Shown here one piece after another: positions 54,395 through 64,000 of a DNA stretch of 64,000 nucleotides. The notes beneath the pieces are model-generated. The model searched no databases. It saw only the letters and a program-made list of their open reading frames with translations, and had not been told where the DNA came from. A program made the position numbers and the translations under genes. The stretch comes from Octopus vulgaris (taxonomy: Eukaryota): contig OX597814.1 of assembly GCA_951406725.2 (NCBI GenBank), positions 39,122,001 to 39,186,000 on the forward strand. The letters are read 5' to 3'. The first letter of the stretch is position 1, and each line of letters opens with the position of its first letter.

Positions 54395-54565
54395 TACACC
54401 TATCTTACATTTTCACTTCAAATCACACCGGGATTAATTTTGGCTTCTGTTTTTATGAGGGCAATAAAATAAAATGTCAATTAAGTTCAATAGTAGTTGG
54501 CCTCAATAAATATCCCCCACCCCAACTCAAAATTGCTGGCCTTATGCCTCAATTAGAAAAAGTTA
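54395..54565 (+). mobile_element. Very degenerate SINE family A copy
   Basis: ttcaaatcacaccgggattaattttggctt..aaaattgctggccttatgcctcaattagaaa (type-2 tail). Confidence 0.5.
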
Positions 54566-55502
54566 TCTTTTAGAAAACCACTTAATTGTTCATTTAGTTT
54601 GTTGCCGATAAATCATTTCAGATTTCGTTTAAAATTTCTTATATATACTATGTTAACTCCTTATAAGTTGAAGAAAGAACTATTGTTAAACTTATATGTA
54701 ATTATAAATATCACATGAAGATTGCTTAATCTCGCCGTTGCAGACATTGAGTTATGGTAAACATGTTCACTGATAAGCATAATACTCGTATTTATTATAG
54801 AGGAGCGCAAGATGTAAATGCATTGTCATGCCTTCGGGTGTCGAATGCAGTTCTTTTCATTTGACTTAACATCCAGTATATCTTGATAAATCTATCGTCT
54901 GGATCTTGCATAGTTTATGTAATTATACTTTACCTCCGCTCGTTTGTATACGTCTGACGTCTCTATACTTTATCTTCTAATGGGATTCATTCAGCATGTT
55001 TATAAAAAAAGAATCCTCTAACAACAAATATAGGTAGGTCTACGTTGAATGTTTGATTTCAACGTTTAAAGTTAACTGCCTAGTTTGAGTTTTCATTGAT
55101 GTAAATTTTCTTAGTACAACTTACATATATTTATCTAATGACAAACACATTACAAAGTTATTAATCGCTACATGTGCAACATCTTTGTTGCTTTTAGTGT
55201 GTACTTTAAGCGATTCATCTATAGCGGATTATTTACACGAGTTCTCATCAGTTTTCGAAGATATATGTGGTTCAACGCAGAAAAAAATAATATGTTTTCT
55301 TTCTCTTAACTAGGACTTTCAATAACATGAGCACAACATTAATCTAGTATTAAACATCTTCGGCATTATAGTAATCTAGCAATGGTTGACAGGCAAAAAC
55401 TATATTGGAAGGATTTGTAACTAAATGTTATGGCATATATGCATATGGGTCATTGTTTCAAATTTTCGAATTTCAAATTAAGTTAAAGGTTTAAATAATA
55501 TT

Positions 55503-55931
55503 ATTATCTACTTTAGGCACAAAGCCCAAAATTATGTGAGAGGAGGCTAGTCGATTAGATCAACCCAGTATGCAACTGGTACTTAAATCATCAACCTCGA
55601 AAGAATGAAAGGCAAAGTCGACTCGGCAGAATTTGAGCTCAGAACGTAAAGATAGACGAAATAACGCTTGACATTTCGCCCGGCGTGCTAACGTTTCTTA
55701 TTTCTTTATTGGCCACATGGGCCTAAACAGAGGGGCCAAACAAGGACAGACAAAAGGATTAAGTCGATTACATCGTCCCCCAATGTGTAACTAGTACTTA
55801 ATCTATCGACCCCGAAAAGATGAAAGGCAATGACGACTCGGCAGAGTTAGAGCTCAGAGCGTAAAGGAACACGAAATACCGCTAGGTATTTCATCCGGTG
55901 TGCTAACGTTTCTGCCAGCTTGCCGCCTTAC
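55503..55931 (-). mobile_element. SINE family A head-to-tail dimer with one 16-bp TSD
   Basis: Full monomer ~55698-55929 plus 5'-clipped monomer ~55510-55697; TSD aggtttaaataatatt at 55487-55502 and 55932-55947. Confidence 0.88.
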
Positions 55932-56380
55932 AGGTTTAAATAATATTGCACGAGATTTGATTACACCAGGTAATAAATAGCAGGTAATCACTGAAGCAGT
56001 ATTTCAACTACATTGCCCAATATATTTCATGTATTGTAATAATGAAAGGAATAATTAGTAAAAGATTTAATGAAAATGAACGGAAAATACTTCACATAGT
56101 TTACGAAATAACCTAAAAATTGAGTATTTTTCGCGTACTTGCATGCATACAAGCGTACATACCGTGCATACATGCGAACTTACACACACATATATATATG
56201 TCATCTGTGTATGAAATAACAAAATTCCTAGCTTCAGAATTATCCCTTATATGAATTCAGGGAAGATACAACCTCTAGGCAACGAATTAGTAAAGAGACA
56301 CACTTTATTACAAAATACAGACGCGTTTTGAACGCATCTACAACAAATGACATATCCAACACGACCATTAAAAGCAGTCC

Positions 56381-56782
56381 CAATCACTTCTATAATCCAC
56401 AACGATTCACTTTTAGGTCACTTGACCATTTAACATACTATTACTCTCACACCATCCGGAATTCTCTCATTATTTCTCTCTTCTTCTCTTTCTCCTACTT
56501 CTTGTCTTCTTTTTCCTCTCCACCACTACCTTCCTTACTTTAGAACAACTGCCGTTTAGAATGACACACACGCAAATATTATAAACAATACATTCAAAAG
56601 GGATATCTCAAGAATTCAATCACTACTACCATCCACAACAAGTCAATTCAGAGCACTTGATCATTTAACCTCCTACTACTATCATAGCACTACTGCATTC
56701 TTCTTCTTCTTCTTCTTCTTCTTCTTCTTCTTCTTCTTCTTCTTCTTCTCTTTTCTTCTTCTTCTTCTCCTCCTCCTCCTCC
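56381..56782. repeat. Diverged ~236-bp-period duplication ending in (TTC)n/(TCC)n
   Basis: caatcact..atccacaac..cacttga(c/t)catttaac..tacta(t/c)tact at ~56381 and ~56617, each followed by a CT-rich tract. Confidence 0.7.
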
Positions 56783-57060
56783 TCTGCCAAGAATTCACAA
56801 CGATGTCGAACCCACAAGAGTAACCAAGAGAGACAGAGACAGGCAAAAACAAGGAAATTGCCCCTTGTATTTGAATACCATACAAATATTCTTTTAAAAA
56901 AACTTTTCATTTAATTTTTTCCAAACTGAAATTGTTTTCCATACTTACAGTTTTAAAAGCCTCAATGACCAAAACGGGTACTGAAATGATTTTATAAAAT
57001 TATTTAGCATTTTCAACCCTGATTTTTTCCCCATATATATCAACTCGTGTGTTCCTTCTC

Positions 57061-57100
57061 ATATATATATATTCATATATATATATATATATATATATTT

Positions 57101-57183
<83 letters not shown>
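57061..57183. repeat. (TA)n microsatellite
   Basis: Direct observation. Confidence 0.95.
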
Positions 57184-57340
57184 ATCTGTATAGAAATAAT
57201 TTATGAAAGCAAATTTCTAAATCAATCAGGTACAACCCTACAGCATTATAGCCATCTACATTTCGTACTTTGAAATCTTATTTAACGTATATTTATATAC
57301 TTACCTATAAATATACAAATTATCTTATAAAAGTCAATGT

Positions 57341-57651
57341 TAATTCAGTTTTGGTGGGGGGATTAATCCATATGCGGGTATTGTATTTCAGATAATATAA
57401 GAATTAACCTAATGAGTATATCTGAAAGTAAACACATGGTATCAGTTTGCACATCACGAAATAATACTTAAAGTATATAACCAAAATTACCAGCACGGTA
57501 TATATTATACTTCATTAATTATCTCCTATTTTAGTTAAAGCTTAAACTTATTAAATATGAAGTAACTACACGTGTTTCAGTATTGGAAGATTTTGTATTA
57601 TCTGAAATCGAATACCCGCATATCGAATGATCCCCCACCTTAACTGAATTA
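57341..57651. mobile_element. MITE-like element with ~57-bp inverted termini
   Basis: taattcagttttggtggggggattaatccatatgcgggtattgtatttcagataata (57341-57397) pairs with tattatctgaaatcgaatacccgcatatcgaatgatcccccaccttaactgaatta (57596-57651). Confidence 0.8.
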
Positions 57652-58932
57652 TATATACATGCATTCATGCATACATAGACAAGCTTACATACATATGCAT
57701 TAATTTACTATATTAGCAAAAGAAATCTATTCATTGAGAATACTAGGTGAGAGCTCTTAGAAAGTTTAACCATTACTTGGACGAAAATATTTTTTTATAT
57801 ATTTGGGCTACCATTAGAATTACTAAATGTTTCCTATTTCTGTAGGACGTGTAATAATGATATAGAAATCTAAATTTGGTTGTTGTATCAATTATCATCG
57901 GTGCAGGCATCCCTGTGCCATTAGGAGTACGTTGCAACCATCGGATTCTTGATTTGTATCAACTACACCGAATCCTCATGAAGAAATTACCCTGCAGAAA
58001 AACGCAAATATGTGTGTGTGTGTATGTGTGTGTTTGAGAGAGAGATAGTGTGCTTCAGTGTGTGTGAGAGAGAGAGTGTGTGTGTTCCTCTGTGTGCAGT
58101 GTGAGTGTGTTTGTGTATGTGAGTGCGTTTGTGTGCATGTATGTGTATATATATATGTGTGTGTGTGTGTGTGTCTGTTTGTGTGTGTGTGTAGTGTATA
58201 TCACTAAAACCGGCGGTATACTTGTGTTGTTTCCCTATCTCTCTAGCATCTTAGTGTATCTAAAAATGAAGACAGGTGAAATATATCCAGTGTTGAAATA
58301 GTCGCTGGAATTGATATATACCAATAAAACGCCGGCAGGGTATTCCCTGAGACAAACTTAGTCCGGTGGCTGAGAATATAATAAGACTGCAGAATTAAGT
58401 TTAAAAATTAGATAAATAACTTGATCTAATGCAGTGTATTTGACAAATGATAACATTCATTCTCATTCGTATGTCAGTGTTTCTTAAATATATTAAAGTA
58501 ACAGCAACAACTCAACATTAAATTTACTCTAAAATATAGGATTCACTCGAGTTTCGAAAATGTGATTTAAAGAAAGTTGTGAGTATTTCTTCACGTCAGC
58601 TCTACCTATGTTATCAATTGTGTTTATCAATATTCCTAAGAAAATCGATGCTCAGCATTTTTATTAATCGTGGTAAACAATAAAAAACCATAAACAACAT
58701 AATGCACGCACATATTATATAACACAAATATATGTGCAATACGTATGAATGTATTTGCATGTAAGTGTTCGTGTGTGTTTGTGTGTGTGAGTGTGTGTGT
58801 GTGTATGTGTGTGTGTAAAACTGATTGCTGAAAATTTAATTAAAAGCAAGGCAATGATTAACTTGTTTGTATTATGATTACATTTTCTAAGAAGTTAATG
58901 AAGTTTAGGCATTTTTTATGTCACCGTTCGAA

Positions 58933-58934
<2 letters not shown>

Positions 58935-59005
<71 letters not shown>
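58935..59005. repeat. (TA)n microsatellite
   Basis: Direct observation. Confidence 0.95.
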
Positions 59006-59013
<8 letters not shown>

Positions 59014-60776
59014 TATACACATACATGCATATATACATTCACACGCACGCGCGCACATTTACACGAGCACACGCACACATATGAGATCACCTCAATAGGA
59101 ACAAGAGCAATGCATTGATTTTATGCTTTCCTACTGTGTGTACTTTCAAAATTCCTCAAATGCAATCAGAGCCACACATAAACATAAACACAAATCTATG
59201 TGTATACACAGACACTCACACACACACGAGGTCACACATACATACACACACATTCAGATACATACTGTATGTATGTTTGTGTGGACGTATATATGCATGT
59301 AAGTATCCATTGGTAGGGATCAAACACCAGTGGGCATATTTAATTGATACCTTACAGCGAAATGTTTGCTGGACAAACACGATGGAATAAGGCTGGAGGA
59401 AAACATAACTGCTGAGATATCAAATAATGATAGACACTATAGCATCTAAGAAAAAGTTTTCAATTTGCCTTTGAAACAATATCACTCTGAGAAACAACGT
59501 CGTTATTGGTTGTTAGCCGCAGGGATGCAACCGAGTTATCTGACTCACATTGTAATTCGTCTAATATATGGTGATACGCACTGACAATTCTTTAACTTCT
59601 ATATGTTCAGAGAACTGCTTCTAATATTCGCACTACTAGTAAGAATATTGTCAATTTCCTTAACGAGTTCTCAAGACACTTTTACATGTTACATTGTCTT
59701 TAACGGCTAATAACATAACTTGAATAAATGTTAGTTTATTTGCTGTACATTCTGCATGCGATTACAAGCAGTACATTGATCTTTTCGGATCGATTAGTTT
59801 CGCAAACTTGTTGTTCCAGAATCGTGCGATGATATTTGAACAATAATGCAGTTGAAAATTTAATATTTGATCGAAAGTGGACGAACGAAATCAAAATGTA
59901 TGAATAATCTAAGTAAACTTGATAGTAGGAACTGGACAGTTTATCTGAGTCAATATTCGCTATAAGGATAAATTGGGAACATACTAAATATTTGATATAG
60001 AATGAATGCATACAAGGGAATAACTTTAGGAACTCTTGTTTGTTAAATATTGTCAGTCCGTAATGATTTTTAGGACAAATAATTCTTGAATCAATCAATT
60101 TGATGTTACTGACTACAAGGGAAACTAGCCATAAGGTAACCAGAATCGATTCTTCTGTTAAACATTGTATACTTTTATACTCAACGGTATTTTCTTAACT
60201 AATTCGTTTTCCATATGTAAGGAAAACTGATGTAGTTACCTCTGATACAACTTCGGTAGATTATGTACGGAATATATCATTCCAGAGTTCACACAAAATT
60301 GTTGCGTTGTCAGTGAATGGTGGATGGGATTGCATAATCAGTTCAGTCTTTAAGCATCGGATTGCATTTCGTTACCATGGGCTAATGATCGTACGTGTAC
60401 CTGAGCAAAGCAATTTTCTTTGTTTCGAATTAATTAAAGTTTATAGCGACACAGTAACCCTTCTCTTCCACGTTATCATTAATTGCTTATACCAGATCGA
60501 TCTTACGCGCTGTGCACCGGACGACAACAGGGAATAATATGAAGTATGGCGAATAATATATAGTTGACTGGAATCGTTCTTAAGTATTGATTCCTCATAT
60601 CGATTCCATATAATCACGTGATCAATTAGTCAACTCTGTCAATTGATATGTAAGGAGATTATTATGAAGATTTAACTAGAGTCGAACATATGTTGAGCTT
60701 GAGAATATGATGGCAGGCGGCTGAAACAATGGTTTCATCACCACTTTACATCGGTGTTCTTAAAATACTTGTGAAC

Positions 60777-60838
60777 ACAAGCAAGGTTTATAATTTAAAA
60801 AAGAAACAAGCAAGGTTTATAATTAAAAAAAGAAACAA
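60777..60838. repeat. Two-copy 29-bp tandem duplication
   Basis: acaagcaaggtttataatt(t/a)aaaaaagaa occurs twice. Confidence 0.9.
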
Positions 60839-62466
60839 AAAACATTTAATTGTATTATGAAGAGATGAAATTTTTAAAAGACCGCATTATGTTCTGCACT
60901 TTAACGCTTTCACTACTCTTGTTTCCTTCGACAATATATAATCAGATTAAAATTCTTGATAAACCTCCTCAATACTTAAGATGCACACATTACGGCGCAC
61001 ATATGAAGTAATTTAGATTGTGAATAAATCAAACATATATTTCTTTAAAAAATATATCACTGACATTACTTGCAAGTGAGCATAAGTATTCTTTATAATT
61101 AACGCTTAATAGCTTAATCGAAAAGTTAATTGCTGAACGTGTGAAATAGTATAGATTAATTTGAATCCAGTATATTTTTATATATTTCACAGTAGAAAGG
61201 AAGATAGACGAGAAAACAATAAACTTGTAAAATGTGAATGTTAAAAAGGAATATTTTAATTCTGTGATAGCTTATTTATTTTTATGCGAACAAACTGTAA
61301 AACTACAGCATTTTGAATTTTTGTTTCATTATAGTAATGGGCGGTGGATTAAAATAAAATGTTATTGCATATAGTTGGTAATATAGTTTATCAGACTCCA
61401 TATTTGAAATTAAAAAGAAGACAAATATCAAGTACTGCGATCTTAAATCAGTAACGCAAGAGAATCAAGCAATTGTATTTGGCTCAATGTATTTAAGTCC
61501 ATTCAATAGATATCGAATCCAATATGAATGTGTGGCTAAAAGGTTCCCTTCACTACTTCGGAGTACTTCGAACAAGTGAATTATATGATGTATGCAATTC
61601 GATTAAATGATTGCAATTAAGATTTTGAATATGAAAATTGTGTAAAACATAGCAGTGAGAAGGTTCTCGTCGTTGAAGGTAGATTTAGTCTTCCTTTAAA
61701 AATTATCATCATATTCTTTAGTTTGTATCCTAGATTCCATCGTTTTACATACATTTATAGCAGGTTTCCTTTTTGAAAATAGCGTTATTCTTTCTGCACA
61801 CATGGATCAAACACTGGAAACAGACTTGTACTATGTCCTTCGGATTCCGGATATATAATTTAATTATTTGAAATTTCAACAAATACTACTGGCATATAAA
61901 ATTATGTAGTATTACGCATTTTATTTCCACAGATCAAAGACATTCTCATTTGATTTTCCATAGTTATTGTAGTGGGGAAAAGCATATTTTGCAATATGTG
62001 GCCAGGAAAAAAGTAATTTTCCTAGGTTTAAGCAAAATACAAACTTTAATGCATTCTCCTTACAGAATATGTATGTAGAAAATAATTTAAAGTTACCTTC
62101 ATGCTTCACGAACGCAGATAGTTATATTCTAACACGCTCTGTTCAATCAATTTGTATCTAAAATGCCTCTTTATTTCAATGCCTTATTACAAAGAAAAGT
62201 TAATTTTGGCGGTGCTCCAGCTTGCTCACAGTCATAGGACTGAAACGTATAACAGAATACAAGAATAAAATGGATACTTTGCTTAAGTCTCAGCTCATCC
62301 AACTGTTAATATTTACTGCACTGGAATCATTTCCGCTTCGAATATGTATGTATTCATGTGCGTGTGTGTGTGTGCGTATGTGTTTGTATGTGCGTGTGTG
62401 GGTGTATGTAAATTCATTGTGAGATCTTAGTTTACACACAGGAATTGCATAAGTAACATTCACATT

Positions 62467-62870
62467 ATTTTGTACACTAGGCACCAGGTCCGAAATTTTG
62501 GGTGAGTGGGTGCCAGTCGATTAGAACGACTCCAGCACGCAAATGGTACTTACTTTATCGACACTGAAAGAATGAAAAGCAAAGTCGACCTCGGCGGAAT
62601 TTGAACACAGAACGTAACGACAGACGAAATACCTATTTTTTTACTACCAACAAGGGGCTAAATTCAGAGAGGACAAACAAGGACACACAAACGGATTAAA
62701 TTGATTATATCGACCCCAGTGCGTGACTGGTATTTATTTAATTGACCCCCGAAAGCATGAAAGGCAAAGTCGACCTCGGCAGAATTTGAACTCAGAACGT
62801 AGCGGCTGGCGAAATACCGCTAAGCATTTCGTCCAGTGTTCTAACGTTTCTGCCAGCTCGCCGCCTTAAA
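62467..62870 (-). mobile_element. SINE family A head-to-tail dimer with one TSD
   Basis: Full monomer ~62633-62867 plus 5'-clipped monomer ~62476-62632; TSD ta(a/c)cattcacatt at 62454-62466 and 62871-62883. Confidence 0.85.
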
Positions 62871-63404
62871 TACCATTCACATTGAGAAAGAACTATAGAT
62901 CGTGTATATCACCCATGTTTATTAACAGTATAAAAATAGATAATTTCAGTAATACAGGTGTGAGTGGCATACAGGGCCACATATAAAGAAATTTGTTGTT
63001 TGGCTCATCGGTTGATCCAGCGGCAGAACAGAAAATGCAATTTCAGAACTTCTGAACAAATTAGATTTATATGAATATATGGTCATGCATGCATATTCAT
63101 ATATACTTCTGTTTCTATGTTATATACATATGTATGTGTGCAAATGTGTGTGCGTGTTTGTGTCTTCTGTGCGAGTGTTTGTGAGTGTGAGTGTGTGCGC
63201 TCGCGCATGGAAATATATGCATTATTTAGCTCTTTTCTTATTTCAAATGAACTGACAAATGTTCTCCTGAAAGTAATAATGGATTAGGAAATCAAACGAA
63301 ATATCAAGTATGTATATGAAGAAATATATCTCAAATAATTCTCTTTCCTGTTTTCATTAAAAACCTTGCATTGAAGGTGAAACTCGTATCATCAACCGCA
63401 ATAT

Positions 63405-63580
63405 TATTATTATTATTCAGATCACTGCCTGGAATGGAACTCAGAATCGTGGGGTTATTAGCCAGTGCTCTTAACCACTGCACTATATGTCTGTAGTCAA
63501 TTGTGGATTGAATGTGAGGGCTTAGAGATCTAATATTTTCTTATCCTTCCTTAATGCCAGTTTCCATATGCAGTAATATA
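63405..63580 (-). mobile_element. tRNA-head repeat related to 33095-33510
   Basis: Minus strand: tagtgcagtggttaagagcactggctaataaccccacgattctgagttccattccaggcagtgatctgaataataat. Confidence 0.7.
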
Positions 63581-63685
63581 TATATTTACACATACATAGG
63601 TTTTTGCGTGTTAAATAAAAGGAGACGAGAAAGCCAACGCAGTGTGAAATTTTCTAAAACTTTTATAAAGAGAAAGGCAAGCATG

Positions 63686-63728
63686 CAGTCCTTTCAGGGA
63701 TATGAAAAGATATCCCATCATCAGAAAC
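63686..63728 (-). ncRNA. Hammerhead-like motif with intact core boxes and degenerate helices I and III
   Basis: Minus strand: CTGATGA-t-gggatat-loop-atatccc-t-GAAA-ggactgca; stem II identical to that at 12864-12882. Confidence 0.55.
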
Positions 63729-63752
63729 GATAGGAGAGACTGAAGTAGAAGG

Positions 63753-63785
<33 letters not shown>

Positions 63786-63789
63786 ACAC

Positions 63790-63960
63790 ACACATACACA
63801 CGCACACACAAACATATATATAGTTGAAATTAACAGAAGAATAAAACATGAAGCCACGTGTATAAACAATAAACGATTTAGATTAACGCTCGAAAATGAG
63901 AAAGTATTTTACGTTAGGAGCCTACGCTCTTGAACAGAAAGGAACACGAGAGGGAATAAA
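63790..63960 (-). mobile_element. Relative of the 20039-20235 repeat with a decayed hammerhead
   Basis: Minus strand 63907-63940: ttt-CTGTTCA-a-gagc-gtag-gctc-CTAA-cgt-aaaa; same gagc/gctc stem II. Confidence 0.5.
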
Positions 63961-64000
63961 AGAAAAAGATAAATCTGTTATAGCTAGCAATTCATCACTA

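Noticed and set aside
59400-60700. Complex unique-looking sequence with a 120-aa minus-strand ORF
   Set aside because: No motif recognised; cannot be assigned without a database search

Overview
AT-rich, microsatellite-dense eukaryotic DNA. The SINE repertoire resembles that of Octopus (coleoid cephalopod); this is inferred from recognition, not from a search. No host protein-coding exon, rRNA, bona fide tRNA or CRISPR array could be supported, and almost all listed ORFs are microsatellite or repeat artefacts, so the window looks intergenic or deep-intronic. It contains decayed transposon remnants: Penelope-like RT/GIY-YIG elements (22.1-24.4 kb clear; 1-1.3 kb, 12.3-12.6 kb and 51.8-52.6 kb weaker), a Gypsy gag fragment, a mariner transposase, an R4/Dong-type LINE next to a (TAA)n tract, an RTE LINE, hAT remnants, MITEs and four tRNA-derived SINE families. 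The most interesting signal is a set of about nine minimal type-I hammerhead-ribozyme-like motifs. They sit in short non-coding repeats, mostly beside (TA)n tracts, and include a near-intact one at 20132-20166, one inside a ~430-bp tandem retrozyme-like unit (24.86-25.58 kb) and one downstream of a tRNA-like SINE head (33.1-33.5 kb). Also notable are SINE dimers flanked by a single target-site duplication and two head-to-head SINE fold-back hairpins.
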